Shown here: positions 1 to 13,869 of the stretch, in pieces
How the letters are laid out: each line of letters opens with the position of its first letter
Position numbering within the stretch: the first letter of the stretch is position 1
Assembly: GCA_035221665.1 (NCBI GenBank)
Contig: CM069145.1
Location: 14,942,001 to 15,006,000, forward strand
Origin: Okamejei kenojei
Taxonomy: Eukaryota
DNA length: 64,000 nucleotides
Direction of reading: 5' to 3'
Made by a program: the position numbers and the translations under genes
Notes under the pieces: model-generated
Told to the model about the DNA's origin: nothing
Database searches by the model: none
What the model saw: only the letters and a program-made list of their open reading frames with translations

Positions 1-2094
1 ACTAAACTGAGTGTAATTATTAATAGTACAGAATATGGTACGCAAAATCAAAACTGACGCATGGAATTTACTCCACACAAAAAAAAAAGTTAAATTATTG
101 AGCATTTATCTAATTGGGGACAGCTTTTATTGGACTGGAACATCACCATCTAGGTCCAGCAATGAGATGAAAAGACATGTGGTCCTGGAGTGACTATCAA
201 TCATGGTTCTGGAACGAAGTGGAACACTAGATTTGAAACACTGCTCCAAAGTCAATAACACATTGGAAAATGCACCATCCTTGCTGCTTTGGATATCGCA
301 TCAGGGCATGGGTGACTCATTCCCATAAGCATTTATTTGAATTTCTGGAGTGATGCCGCACAACTTGGAAATTGTCATTACTGTATTGTTATTTCATAAT
401 AAACAAAGATTGAGATTCAATGACCTAATGGTTAAAAAAAAACAGCACATAGCGCTCACCTTTGCCTCTGTGCTTCTTACCAAAACAATGCCTGTCCTGT
501 ATTCTTAACAATAAACAAAAATGTGGTTTTAGCAATGCCTTTGTGTGGTTTCGCATTTAATCTCCTTGTTCTACAACATTTCCTGCTGGGCAATTATCCA
601 CAATATTACATATATTGTAATAACAATGTTTTTTTTTCCAATCTGGTACACAAACGTGGATGAAAATTTAGCTTTGATTTTTTAGGAGCTATGCAACTCA
701 GAGCACAGAGTAAGATTCAGTGGGTAGCAACTGAATCTCTTCATACTGCTGGGATCAATAAAAAATATATTTCTGTAAGTGTTATTTTCTGTAGCACTGG
801 TGGTTTAAACTCTAGTTCTATACTACAAAAGCTCCTCATCCATGCCTTTGACTAAGGTTATTTTTAGCCTGATCCGAAAATGTCCGGAAAATAAAATGAT
901 TGTGAGTGGGAATAGAATACATTATTCCAGCTTTTTGTGTCTATCTATAGAATACATTCAAATGAAAACAGACTACCACACATCTCTAGCTGTGTTTTTA
1001 AAGCAATCAATTTCTTCAAATTGTTAGTTAGAAATAGATCGCAAAAGATTACAGGATGTAGGGTATATGCTCGTTTCCAAAGACACTGATCCTCTCCGTC
1101 TACTGCTCTCAGGCAATGAATAATTTCAATGGTATTAAAGATAATTTTAGTATGGAGATTAACTTTACAAGAGCAAGTTGTGCACAAGCTAATAAATGTT
1201 ACACAAATGGGAACCAATGTTCGTTCATTTCTAATTAGCCATTTATTTATCCAAATTCAACATCTGAAATCACAACAGAGGCTTTACTACAATGCATAGG
1301 TTCAAATGATATGCATAAGTAAAGGATTCAATACCAGTTAACTCAAAATAATAGTTCCCAGTAGGGTTTCTCAAATTTCAGGATTAGATTGATTGCCTAC
1401 ATGGCTTGCACAGAATGAACTGCAAGGACTCCCTATTGAAATGCTGTATACTGTATCGACGATTATGTGAAAAGGGTACTTCAGATGATGTCTACTTCTC
1501 TGGTGGTAGTTGCATTGTGATTTTGAAGCCATTCATTACTTGCAATTAATTAAAAGTTGAGAGGAGACCATGTACAATCTCTGAAGTCTTGGCTGCATCA
1601 TAGAAATGAAAGACATATTTTTAAAGCACCATTTTTTTAAAAGCACCTTTGGGCACTTTGAAGCAAATTAATTATTTTTGCCCTGTTGTACAGACAAATG
1701 TAGCTGCCAACTTACACTCAGCTAGGCTCCATTAATGATATTGAGACAGATGATCTCTTTCAAAATGTTGATTGATGGTGATGGCACAGGGTCTTTTGAG
1801 TCCAATTGTAGAGGAAGATGGAACCATACTTTAATATCGCCAGTCAAAAGATTGTTGCCCTGAATCCTGTGGGCTGCCTCGGTATTGTGTTAAATGATGT
1901 ATTCCGCATATTTCCAAGTCCTTCAAGTCCAGAGCTAGAATGCACGATTTTTGGTCCCGGAGATAAGTGTGGCAAACGCACAATTAATTGCTTGTCTTTG
2001 GGGTGTCTTTAATCAGATATCACAGACTTATATCACAGACTCCAGGACTTTCTTTCGCTCAAGGTTCCATCATCTGCAGTCTCTTGTGGCAGTG

Positions 2095-2382
2095 TATAAA
2101 ATTACGAGTGGAATAGATCGGGTAGATGCACAGTCTCTTACCCAGACTTGGCGAATCGAGGACCTAGGTTTAAGGTGAATGGGAAATATTTAACAGGAAT
2201 TTGAGGGGTAACCTTTTCACACAAAGCGTGGTGGGTGTATGGAACCAGCTGCCAGAGGAGGGAGTCGAGGCAGGTACTATCCCAATCGCAGTTTTATCAG
2301 GTACATAAATAGGACAGGTTTGGAGGGATTTGGGCCAAACACGGGCAAGTGGGACATGTGTAGCTGGGACACGTTGGTTGGT
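2095..2382 (+). mobile_element. CR1/HER1 LINE 3' fragment
   Basis: Encodes CR1 RT C-terminal-like text (VYKITSGIDRVDAQSL, NLRGNLFTQSVVG, EGFGPNTGKWD) followed by 3' UTR. Confidence 0.8.
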
Positions 2383-2484
2383 GCCGACTCCTCTTCTCAA
2401 CCTAGCCCCGTCACCCTATTCCTTTCTCCTCCATGTTCTGCTCATGTCTCACCCCTCCCATCTCCAAGTGCCCCATTTATAAAG

Positions 2485-2645
2485 TCATGTCATAAGGAAT
2501 AGGACTAGAATTAGGCCATTCAGCCCATCATGTCTACTCCGCTATTCAATCATGGCCGATCTATCTCTCCCTCCTAGCACCATTCTCAAGCCTTCTTCCC
2601 ATAATCTGTGATACCTCTACTAATCAAGAATCTATCTTTATCAAC
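2485..2645 (-). mobile_element. CR1/HER1 LINE 3' tail
   Basis: ggccattcagcccatc...attcaatcatggc...atctatc, the same tail as at 17515, 41538 and 51400. Confidence 0.75.
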
Positions 2646-2659
2646 CTTAATTTCTATTA

Positions 2660-3042
2660 TATTCCCTGTCTTTTCCCTCCCACCTGTCCTCCACTACCTG
2701 TCCGCTTCCACCCCCAGTCCTCTTTCTGGGTTTTCATTTTGCTCCTCCTCTTGCTTCCTCATCGGGCACCCATTTGGCTCCATTTTTAACCTTTGTTACT
2801 ATCTCCACCAATCTCACAATTACCCATCCTCAACTGTATCCAACGATCACGCCATTTTTTACTCTACTTCTTCCCCATACCTCACTTTATCACCTTTCTC
2901 CCCTCTATGCCATCAGTCTAAAGAAAGCTCCTGACCCAAAACATAATCTATCCATTTCCCCCCACAGATGCTGCTTGACCCAATGACTTACTTAAAACAC
3001 TTTATTTTGCGCAAGATTCCATCATCTGCAGTCTCTTGTGTC
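2660..3042 (+). mobile_element. Penelope-like element 3' region (decayed)
   Basis: Pyrimidine-rich tract, degenerate ctgaagaa...gacccgaaac core and catctgcagt end, as in the endonuclease-linked copy at 31845-32360. Confidence 0.6.
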
Positions 3043-3048
3043 GACTAA

Positions 3049-3627
3049 TGCCCCTGTTCCAGACTAATGCCCCTGAACGGAAACCTCTGGAGACTTTGCG
3101 CCCCACCCAAGGTTTCCGTGCGGTTCTCGGAGGTTTTTGTCAGTCTCCCTAATGGTTGAAAGTGGTTTCCACTTCTTCTATGTTCCAGCGATTATTTCAA
3201 AAAATTCAAAACCGGCCGCGACTAAAATAGGCTGCCGTTTAAAAAATCGGTAATTTTTTAGTCAAAGCCGTTTGCGATGCTTGTTGAAGGCGGTTGTAGG
3301 TAGTGGAAGGTAAGACCTTTTTTTCACCCAGTTTTATTCCACCAGGGAGGTCTTACCTTCCACTACCTGCAACCTCAGGCAACCACCTTCAACTAGCATC
3401 GCAAGTGGCTTTGTCTAAAAAATTACCGATTTTTTAAACAGCAACATATTTTTAGTCGCGGTCGGTTTTGAATTTTTTGAAATAAATGCCGGAACATAGA
3501 AGAAGCGGAAACCGCTTTCGACCATTTGGGAGACTTACAAAAACCTCCGGGAACCACACAGAAACGTTGGGTGGGGCACAAAGTCTCTAGAGGTTTCCGT
3601 TCAGGTTTCCTAAGTGGGACAGGGGTA
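3049..3627. mobile_element. PIF/Harbinger-type fold-back MITE
   Basis: TIR TGCCCCTGT(T)CC...GGGACAGGGGTA, TAA/TTA flanks, about 230-bp inverted arms; left end carries a 20-bp duplication. Confidence 0.8.
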
Positions 3628-3729
3628 TTACACAGCTGCACAAACATCTTTGCCAGTTCAGACAACTAATTAGCAGAGCTCAGAAATGGCACATAACAAT
3701 GTAAAATAAGAAATTGATTCCCTTCTGTC

Positions 3730-4400
3730 TTCTCCACCATTCAAAAAGTTTATGTCTGATCTTTTATCTGAATGTCACTTACCTGTAGTATTCCCATATC
3801 CCTCACTTGCTTTTAATATATAAAGATCTACAGAACCCCAATTCAAGGACTGCGTCTCCACAAGCCTCTTGGGATAGAATTCCAAAGATTATTAATTAAT
3901 GAAGACATTTCTTCTTACATCAGTCCAGTATGGCTGACCCCCTGTTTTGATATGGTGATCCCTGATTCTAGACACTTCAACCAAGAGAATACATGGGAAA
4001 CATTATCCTTGAAAAAAATCCTCTGCCAAAGATCTTTATGTTTGAATTAGATCAATTATTCTCCTGAACTCTACAGCCAAGTCTGCTTAATTACCCTTAA
4101 AGGATACCAACCTCCTCGTAGCTCAGAAATCCATCTGGGGAACCTTTGTGACTCTCCTTTTATTTCACATATAACCTTCCTTTGTAAAAGAGATCAGACC
4201 TGCAGGCATCAGTGCTATATTATTGTAATAAAACATCTTTACTCTTGTATTCAAAACCTCTTGCTATAATGGCCAATAGTGAAAAAGAAAACAGTATTAA
4301 TTTTTATTTGAATGACCTGTCATAAGACCATCACACATATTGTTTGCCTTTCTGTTTGCTTATTTAACCCACACTTTAACTTGCTGTGGTTTTCTATCCA
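3730..4400 (-). mobile_element. Old CR1 fragment
   Basis: Degenerate CR1 3' motifs (gaattccaaagatt, ttctagacactt, cttgctataatggccaa). Confidence 0.5.
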
Positions 4401-4764
4401 TATTATTCTCAAAATATTGGCAGCCTTTGCTTTGCCTGACTACACCAAATCCCTCCTACACCTCTCTACCATCTAGATGGGATCACATGCACCTAGGTCA
4501 AGCCTAATCCAAACAGACAAGAATCATCTGCATTTATATCCCTACATTAATCTCATACCACCACCTCTGGTATATTCTAAGGAGTTCTCAGATCAACAAG
4601 TACTTCTCAGCAATTTCATCAGCGTCAAAATACAATGTGATTTTATGCACGTGCATCAAAATCTACTTCTCCAGGATCTCTGGACATCTGCACTGAATTG
4701 TTAGACTGCTTGTCCAGTGCCCACTGGGTGGGTGGTAATTTCCACCAACTAAATATTGCAGGTA

Positions 4765-4982
4765 GACACAAAACGCTGGAGGTACTCAGCAGGTCAGAGA
4801 GCATCTCTAGAGAAAAGGAATAGGTTACGCTTCAGGTCGAAGAAGTGTCTGAAGAAAGGTCTCGACCCAAAACATAAACTGTTCCTTCTCTTGAGAGATG
4901 CTGCCTGAACCCGTTGAGTTACTCCAGCTTTGTGTGTCCATCTTTCGATTAAATCAGCATCTGCAGTTCCTTGCTGCATATC
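4765..4982. mobile_element. Fold-back Penelope-derived mini-element
   Basis: Inverted dimer of the Penelope terminal repeat; perfect 16-bp TSD ctaaatattgcaggta at 4749-4764 and 4983-4998. Confidence 0.8.
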
Positions 4983-5051
4983 CTAAATATTGCAGGTATT
5001 GAGTTTGTAGTGAGCCTGTTCCTTTGGTGGTTCTGGGTCGCTAAACCATAG

Positions 5052-5463
5052 CAGTGCTGGATTTAGATGAAGAGAGGCCGTAGGCTATTCCACTTGTGAG
5101 GCCCCTCCAAATCCCCCACCCCCATGACTAGAGGAAGATGGAAGAGTCCACCAGATTGACACTGATGTGCAGCCGATCGTGGCCAATGAGATAAGAGGCT
5201 GGAAAGCCGCGCTTTAAAAAAAAAAAAATATTTCCTGTGCTAGTGTCGAGTTATCGGCTTAAAACACTATTATTCTGAAATGGTGGGCAAGGAGAATTAC
5301 TGAAGGGTTGTTTAGAGACTACAGTGCGTTGTGACGGCATATGTAAGAAAGGCCTATGACAGTGTCAAAAATATTATACACCTTGGCCAGAAGCCCCCTA
5401 GATTTTGAGGCCCAAGGTGTTAGCCTACCAAGCCATCAAAATGGCTTGGTAAATCCGGCACTG
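5052..5463. mobile_element. hAT-type MITE
   Basis: 14-bp TIR CAGTGCYGGATTTA; 8-bp TSD aaccatag/gaccatcg (6/8 match). Confidence 0.75.
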
Positions 5464-5977
5464 GACCATCGGGAGGCTTGGGAAGCGTTGTTGAAGAAGC
5501 CTCGATGCGTAATTACTTTTAAAATGTGTGAATAGGGAAGAATGCTCTGTGCATGTTAAAGATGCTCTTTCTGCATGACAAAATATGTGGAACCAGGAGT
5601 CGGCTATGTAACCTCATACCTGCTCTGTTATTGATCAGATCATGGATGCTCTCACAAAGGTTTTTTTTTGCCATTTTCTAGCACTATTCCACAATCCCCT
5701 GATTGTCTTAATGCCCAATAGCCCAATGATCTGTTTTTAATAAACCTAAAGATTGATCTTCCCAAGCAATCTGGAAAGAAAATTCTCCTCACTTCAATCT
5801 TTTTGGGGCATCACATTTTTTTTTTCAACCTTTGTCCTCTGATCTTGGATTCTTCACTTTGTAAATTGGGTTCCCTGTAACCTGCTCATTAACTCTTTAA
5901 ATATGTTGAAAAGAGATCTCCTCTCATCCTGTAAACTCTGAAGTATACAAGCCTTGTCCCCTCAGTTTTTCTTCTCA

Positions 5978-6290
5978 TTTTAGTTTTTAGTTTAGTTTAG
6001 AGATACAACGCAAAAACTGGCCCTTCGACCTACCGAGTCTGCATCAACCAGCTATCCCCGCACATTAACACTATCCTACTATTCGGGACAATGTACACAT
6101 ACACCAAGCCAATTAACCTACATTACATCTTTGGAGTGTGGGAGGAAACCGAAGATCTCAGAGAAAACCCACACGGTCTCAAGGAGAACGTACAAACTCC
6201 ATACAGACAGCACCCATTGTCGGGATCGAACCCGGGTCTCTGGTGCTGCAAGCTCTGTAAGGCAGCAACTCTACAGCTGTGCCACTGTAT
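5978..6290 (-). mobile_element. HE1-like tRNA-derived V-SINE
   Basis: A/B-box head (gtggcacagctgtagagttgc, gggttcgatccc), central domain and (taaac)n tail; interrupts an old CR1 spanning about 5580-6920. Confidence 0.85.
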
Positions 6291-6919
6291 CACCCATGTG
6301 GCATACTTGTTGTCCCCGAAACTAGTCTAGTGAATCTTCACTGCACTTTCACTATGTCAAGTATATCCTTTCTAAGGTAGGGTAACCTAAGGTATACACA
6401 ACACCCCATTCATATTCTCAAAAAGGCCATACACAAGTGCAACCACATGTCCTTACACCTGCTATCAAAACTTCTAATAATAAAGACTGACATACAACTT
6501 GCCCTTTTCTCTGCTTCCTGCATCTACAATTTGGCATGCTGTATTTTGTATACAATCATATCGAGGTTATTTTGAACATCAACACTTACTACACAGTCTC
6601 TCAACATTATATAATTATTCTGCCCTGCATTTATGTGCAGCCAGGTAGCTAGCCTCATCATTTTTCACAATATATCCCATCTGCAATTTGGTCAGGTTGT
6701 CCATGTTCCTTTAGTATTCCCTGAAGGATCTTTTATTCCCCCTCTCTGCTTGCTGTCCAATTTTCTCTGTTTCTATGTTTCTATATCTATTTCTCAATCC
6801 ATGGTTGTAGGTTACTCTAGAGTGCATGAGCTCCAACCTTGTTAAGCAACTTTTTTTGGGTAGGGCCTTATCAAACACAATTGATATCTAAATATACCAT
6901 GCCAACTAGTTCTGCTGTT

Positions 6920-7275
6920 ATAGAGTCATAGAGTGATACAGTGATATAGCGTGGAAACAGGCCTTTCGGCCCTACCTGCCCACACCGGCCAACATGTCCT
7001 AGCTACACTAGTCCCAACTGCCTGCGTTTGGGCCATATCCCTCCATACCTGTCCTATTCATGTACCTGTCTAACTGTTTCTTAAAGGTTGGGATAGTCCC
7101 TATCTCACCTACCTCCTCTGACAGCTTGCTCCATACACCCAAGACCAATTGTGTGAAAAAGTTACCCCTCAAATTCCTATTAAAACTTTCCCCCTTCATC
7201 TTAAACCTATGCCTGGTCCTTGATTCACCTACTCTGGGCAAGAGAATCTGTGCATCTTCCCGATCTGTTCCACTG
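6920..7275 (-). mobile_element. CR1/HER1 3' fragment
   Basis: ORF 7008-7241 MPRVGESRTRHRFKMKGESFNRNLRGNFFTQ, then 3' UTR. Confidence 0.85.
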
Positions 7276-7579
7276 TAAAGAGCTCAAACGGTTTAGCACT
7301 TGGGTGACCCTCAGACTCTTCTATAACAGGCTGCAGCGGCGCATTGGGGCTGTAAAAATATCAGATCCATAATAGAGTTGAGATTTAATCAGTTCTTTCC
7401 AGCTGCATTGACCTAACTTTACCTGAAAGCCCATATAATTTTCAGTAGAACATTGAACAGTGCAGCACAGGAACAGGCACCTTTGGCTCACAATGTCTGT
7501 ACTGAACAAGATGCCAAATCAAACCAATCTCCTCTGCCTGCTCATAATCCATATCCCTCCATTCCTTGCATATCCATGT

Positions 7580-7883
7580 TCTAGTTTTAGTTTTAGAGTT
7601 ACAACGTGGAAACAGACTCTTCAGCCCACTGAGTCTGTGCCGACCAATGATAACCTGTATATTAGTTCTATCCTACACAGTGGGGGGGCAATTTACAGAT
7701 GCCAATTAACCTACAAACCTGTATGTCTTTGGGATGAGGGAGGAAACCGGAGCACCCAGACAAAACCCCACCCAGTCACAGGGAGAACATACAAACTCTG
7801 GACAAACTGCACCTATATTCAGAATCAAACCTGCGTCTTTGGTGTTGTTAGGCAGCAACTCTATCGCTGCGCCACTGTGCCAC
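7580..7883 (-). mobile_element. HE1-like SINE
   Basis: ggcagcaactctatcgctgcgccactgtgc head, central domain and tail. Confidence 0.85.
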
Positions 7884-8057
7884 CCAAAAAACTCTCAATG
7901 CCCCTAATGGATCTGCCTCGCAGCATGTGTGAAAGGCTTAGCCCGCACATTTCCTTTCAATTTTGCCACCTCACCTTAAAGCTATGCCCTCTCGTCTTCG
8001 GCATTAACAACTGGGAAAAAGGTTCTGACTGTCTACCCTATCTATGATCTAAAAATG

Positions 8058-8298
8058 TCTGTACGGAGTTTGTACGTTCTTATCTCCGAGATCTTCGGAG
8101 GTGGGTTTTCTCCGAGATCTTTGGCTTCCTCCCACACTCCAAAGACGTAGAGGTTTGTAGGTTAATTGGCTTGGTAAATGTAAATATTGTCCCTAGTGGG
8201 TATAGGATAGTTAATATGCGGGGATTGCTGGTCAGCGCAGACCCAGTGGGCCGAAGGTCCTGTTTCCGCGCTGTATTTCTAAACTAAATTAAACTAAA
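8058..8298 (+). mobile_element. HE1-like SINE, 5' truncated
   Basis: gtctgtacggagtttgtacgttct...cctgtttccgcgctgtat(taaac)n. Confidence 0.85.
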
Positions 8299-8688
8299 AT
8301 GTTAAATATTCTAGTCTCTCCTCATCCTCTGACACTTATATTTTGTCCAATCTCTTCTTGCTGTTAATACCCTGTAATCAAAACAGCATTCTGGTAAACC
8401 TCATCTGCACCCTGTCCAAAGCATCCACATCCTTCATGTAGTGGAGCGACAAGACCTGCACAAAATACTCCAAATGTAGTCTAACTAAGATCCTATAAAG
8501 CTGCAACAATAACTTCCTGACTCATACCCTGACCTATGGAGGCGAGCATATCAATTGCATTCTTTACTATTCGATCTACTTGTGTTGTCACTGTGAACCT
8601 GTGCCCCCAGATAATCCTTGCACATCAATGCTGGTGAGGGTCTTGCCATCAATTGTATATTTCCCCCCCCCCAAAGTGCAACACCTTA

Positions 8689-8902
8689 AGGGCCTGTTCC
8701 ACTTGGCCGTCATTTGCGCGTCACGCAGATAGCGCGTGAAGATTTTCTGAATCCCAAAATCCTGGAACGCCGCCCGCGACCACGCATCACTGCCTACGTC
8801 ATCATGCACCATGCACGCGTAATGCACACCACGCGAGCGTCGTGATGCGTAAATGATGTTGAGTAAATGACACGCAAATGACACCCAAGTGGGACAGGCC
8901 CC
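8689..8902. mobile_element. PIF/Harbinger-type MITE
   Basis: TIR AGGGCCTGTTCCACTTGG/CCAAGTGGGACAGGCCCC, TTA TSD; removing it restores the CR1 text acaccttacacttg. Confidence 0.85.
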
Positions 8903-10014
8903 TTACACTTGCTCAGATTAAACTTCTTCCGCCATTTCTCCACCCATTTCTGTAGCTGATTTATTTTCCGCTGTATACTTTGACAACCTGCCTCACTAAT
9001 TACCCTTACGGAGAGTTCTCAGTAATGGTGATTTACCAGCCTTGAAGAGATTATTAAACTTGGGCAGTGAGTCCAGTATCCCTGCTTCATGTTTTCGATA
9101 TTGATATAAACTTTCTGACAACTTTATTTTATTCCTCTTTTGCGAACCAGTCAAGAGAGGAAGAAAGCAACTGTTTCTGTTTTTGCTGTCTTTTTCTAAG
9201 TGCCTCAGGCACCAAAATAGAACTGATCCCTTAGTCTGGTACAAATTTTCTCAGGTGCACTAGCACACAATTTCCCATCGTCCACAGGCAAGCCCAAAAT
9301 GTGAAACATTTATCACTCCTGCTGCTTACCCAAATTAATTATATGCAGAAACACATTATGAATCAGCAACATAGCATTTGAGCAAAGTGCACAGCACCGA
9401 ACTAGTGTTGAGATAACTCATGGAGAGAAGATTAAGCACTGATGGAAAAAAACAAGAAAATGTGTTTGGCATGACTTCAAAATGAAAAACAGCTCTGTTC
9501 ATAATCTGTGTTTTATTCAATTTATCAATGCATCTCTGTGACCTCCTCTTTATGCCTTGGAAATTCTCCAAAATTAGAATGCATTATAAATGAAAATTAT
9601 TGTAGTTCTTAATTTCTCTATTTGCATTTACCATAATTCATTTCTGTGCTATTCAGCATAGATGTTTTAACTGGTGCTGAAGAGTACATTGTTAATCCAT
9701 ATACAGTAGGTTAATAATTAATATTAATTTTCTTCCTGCCATAATATGTCCAGTGGCATTTAAGGTATCCTCCAGAATATAGCTTTTCAATATTTTATAT
9801 TTGAGATTCTGTTGGGCTACATGGTGTCTGAGAGTAACAGTTTTTGAGGCACATTTTCACACTTTCTTTATTACATCTGAAAATGTCAGAGTCACTTTAA
9901 AAGGTATTTAAAACAGAAAAACTGTAACGGGAGGGTTTTAAAGAAACTTCAACAATAGCAGAAAACAATCTTAATGGCCTCAAGCTGTGCCAATTAAAAG
10001 CAATCAATATTTAT

Positions 10015-10197
10015 AGACACAAAATGCTGGAGTAATTCAGTGGGACCGGCAGCATCTCTGGAGAGATGGAATGGGTGACGTTTTGCATTGAGATGCCTTC
10101 TTCAGACTCAGACATCCAGAGATACCGCCTGTCCCGCCGACTCCATTATTTTGAGTCTATCTTCAGTTTAAACCAGCATCTGTGGTTCCCTCCTACA
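10015..10197. mobile_element. Fold-back Penelope-derived mini-element
   Basis: Inverted halves; 14-bp TSD caatcaatRtttat at 10001-10014 and 10198-10211. Confidence 0.75.
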
Positions 10198-10789
10198 CAA
10201 TCAATGTTTATGTCTTTAAAAAGACAAACCAAATCCCACGGCAATAGTATAATGTAATGTGTATCACAAACTATAATTCTTCGGTTCTCATTAACAGAGG
10301 GAATGTCCATGCCAGCAGACTCTGAGCATCCAGGGCCAGAGATTTTCCAATACACTTACCCATATGAAGGAAATAAATTGCTTAATGTTTTGTCATAGGA
10401 AACAATATCAATATGTCATCGACATTTTACCCGCCTTTTATTGAAACAAATAACTTTCTGAAGGTTCAAACACTCACTTTATGAGTTTATCTTTCTTTCC
10501 ATTCATATCTAAGTAGAAAGAGTCTTTACAGTGAAGCAAATGTGCTTAAATATAACAATCAATGGGGAGGAAAGCAGAGGAAATGTTGGTACATACTCAC
10601 TGGGCCTTTTATAGGCTGGATCATGAAAACAGACATAGGGGATCCGAATGCAAGAATAATCTATTCCAAATCAGGTAATATAGGCTGCACAACAGATCTG
10701 TGTGAGCAGTTTTTTAAATCATGATTTCTACATGCATCAAACTGCCTAGGCTGCAAGCATCAGCAAAGGGGCCTAGAATTGTTCATGAG

Positions 10790-10917
10790 GAGTCAAGAGT
10801 GTTTTATTGTCATATGTCCCAGATAGAACAATGAAATTCTTACTTGCTGCAGAATATGTAATAATAATAAATAATATAACAAAAACTCAGAAAAAAAGAA
10901 CAAACAATAACAGTGCA

Positions 10918-10964
<47 letters not shown>

Positions 10965-11310
10965 CTATTGTATTTCATAGTTTATGAGGTTGTACTGTTT
11001 AATAGTCTGATGGCTGTAGGGAAGAAGCTGTTCCTGAACCTGGACGTTACAGTTCTCAGGCTCCTGTATTTTCTTCCCAATGGCAGTGGTGAGATCTGTG
11101 TGTGGCCAGGATGGTGTGGGTCTTTGATGCTGCAGGCTTCCTTTTTGAGTCAGCGGCTACGATAGATCCCTTTGATGGTGGGGAGGTCAGAGCCGATGAT
11201 GGCCTGGGCAATGTTTACAACTTTTTGCAGTCTTTTTCGCTCCTGGACGTTCAAGTTGCCGAACTAGGCCACGATGCAACCAGTCAATATGCTCTCCACT
11301 ATGCATCTGG
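10790..11310 (-). mobile_element. Rex1/Babar LINE 3' fragment with internal (AAT)n
   Basis: agaatttcattg...atgacaataaa tail and RT C-terminal motifs (DPHHPGH on the - strand); (AAT)n at 10920-10963. Confidence 0.7.
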
Positions 11311-12107
11311 GTCCAGGAAAGATCGTCAGAAATATGCATGCACAGGAATCGGAAGTTTTCTCTCAAATGAATGTACCTAGAATTGACCCCAAGTGCTAAA
11401 AGTGTTTTTCACCCTTACTCAGAAAAATGTGCTGCCTGAGACGAAGGCCTGGGTCAGGAAATGGTGGAAGGTAGTTGTAAGTTGAGGTTTTATTTTATTG
11501 AGGAAAGTAAGTATTCAGGTGAATGATTGCGGGAAATTATCTTCGAGGACTGGAGCTGAGGAAATAAAACTTTGGTTCAGGTTTAGCTGGGGATCTTTAT
11601 AAATGATCAGAGGGCTAGCATATGTGTGCGCATTGAGTTGAAATTAAACATAAAGTGATTGAATTTCTGGGATGTGCTGTATGCTGGTTTTAGGAATTAG
11701 AGAAAAGTTTGACAGTTGGATAGTGGGTGGGACCAAATATTTTGGCATGCTGGATGAAGCTCCTGCTTGGAGAGGCGGAGGAAAGGTATAGCCTTATGTG
11801 TCAACAAGGGATGGAAAATAAAGGCCCTGTAACCACAATTTCAAAAGGGACCTGGTTAAATAGTGAAGGAAAGGAAAAGACTCAATGTGAATGAAGGAGC
11901 CAGACATAATGTTTTTTGAAGAGCTTGTTTAATGTGGAACATGAGAAGATTTTAGATATTGGTGGGAGGAATTAGTAGAATTCATCAGCATAGTACCTTA
12001 CAACATTATATACATTTTTAAGAAAGAAACAATAATTGATGCAAACTTCTTAGATTTCTGTGCAGAGCATAATTTCACAAAATCTCAAAGAGCTCACATT
12101 AAATTAA

Positions 12108-12820
12108 TGAGTGAATGAATGAATGAATGCATAAATTTATTGGCCAAATATATTCACATACAAGGAATTTGCCTTGGTGCTCCGCCCGCAAGTAACAACA
12201 TGACATACAGTGACAGTTAGGAATGACACATAAGACATTAAACATTAATAATAAAACATTATCGATTAAACATGTGAATTAAATAAAATATCAGAGCAAA
12301 AGGAGACTACAGATTTTTGGTTATTGAGTAGAGCTACTACTCGTGGAAAAATGCTGTTTTTATGTCTGGCTGTGGCAGTCCGGAGTCGCCTTCCAGAGGG
12401 AAGTGATTCAAAGAGTTTGTGGCCAGGGTGAGAGGGGTCAGACATGATCTTATGCGTTCGCTTCCTGGCCCTTACAGTTCGTCAATGGAGGGAAGGTTGC
12501 AGCCAATAAACTTCTCAGCTGATCGGACGATTTTACTGCAGCCTTTGGATGACGTGCTTGGTGGCTGAGCCAAACCAGACCATGATGGAGAACGTAAGGA
12601 CAGACTTTACGATGGCCGTATAGAATTGGACCATCATTGCCTGTCCAGTGGTGGACAGGCAATGATGATTGTGCTTCCTCAGCTGCCGCAGGAAGTACAT
12701 CGTCTGTTGTGCCTTTTTGACTGTGGAGTAGATGGTGCCCCCCCTCATTTAAGGTCTTTGGAGATTATGGTTCCTAGGAACTTAAGAGACTCCACAGATG
12801 TGACTGTGGTGTTGTTGTAA
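12108..12820 (-). mobile_element. Rex1/Babar LINE 3' fragment
   Basis: TVKKAQQTMYFLRQLRK...FYTAIVKSVLTFSIMVWFGS; (ttca)n tail. Confidence 0.85.
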
Positions 12821-13869
12821 ATTTACAATCTTATTCACTACATCTTTCCTTCGTGTCTTTCATATAAAAGCTTTGCATGCGGCATTCAACTGAAATTAAT
12901 GGGAGCGCAAGTCAGCAAGTCAGCAAGTTAAACAAGGAACTTACTTTGCATGGAATGAATGCAGGTAGAGTTGTATTTTTTTTTAAACTGGTGAACATTA
13001 TGGAATGCAGGAATTAGGTGCTCAAGCAATAATTGCTTCATTCACAGAAAGATATTCTCAGCCAAGGAATTGTCTCTGGAGTTTGAACATTCTCATTATA
13101 TTAATTATTAAGAGCGCAACTAAGTGTGAGGATAAAGGAACAAGGAACATCACCTACTTCTGCATGCTGGAATGCAGATGCTGTCTCCTACTGAAATAAG
13201 CCAGTAAATAAGCCACAAAAAGCTGGAGTAACTCAGCGGGGCAGGCAGCATCTCTGGAGAGAAGGAATGGGTGACGTTTCAGGTCAAGATCCTTTTTGAA
13301 CTGTAACATGAACTTGAAGATTACCGTTTCAAAAAGATCTTCTTTGATGGAAGTTTACATATCCAGCAAATATATTCCATCAATTCAAAAACCTAAATCT
13401 GTCTATGCAGGGAAGTGTATCCAGTGTGCTTGAAATGCCAGACAAGATCAGAGGTTTTTTTTTGAAGCTTAAATTCTGGAGTTAGGGGGAACGAACCAGA
13501 TAAACAATTGTTTTGACACAGTCTTATCTTTTGCTGACAACAAAAGTGTCAACGCCATTCTCCAGAGTGAATAATATTATCCCATCCAAAATCAACTCGA
13601 TCACCAAAGATTCAAAGAGCACTTCTGCCTGACTGACTCATGGAAAGGAAATCAATGAATTCATGACCCATTGATTCATGAATGAGTAAAGAGGGCCTGA
13701 TGTTACAATTCCAAACTTTACCTGGTTTTTCTATTAAAGTCAATAGAGAATATCTAGAACTAACTGAACTTTTAGTGAACATTTTATTGCCACTGGATTT
13801 CAATTAACTTTGTAAAAGTGGATTTTGAGCAATGACTGCAATTATAACCATGTTCCAAAACTGAAAGAC

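Larger units (their letters stand above)
7455..8990 (-). mobile_element. CR1/HER1 fragment interrupted by two SINEs and a MITE
   Basis: CR1 RT and 3' UTR motifs continue across the insertions at 7580, 8058 and 8689. Confidence 0.6.

Noticed and set aside
686-709. 24-nt AG...GTAAGA segment as a microexon
   Set aside because: Splice-like signals alone are expected by chance in AT-rich DNA; no supporting motif.
7460-8047. 195-aa ORF
   Set aside because: Antisense to a CR1 tail plus SINE; no protein motifs.
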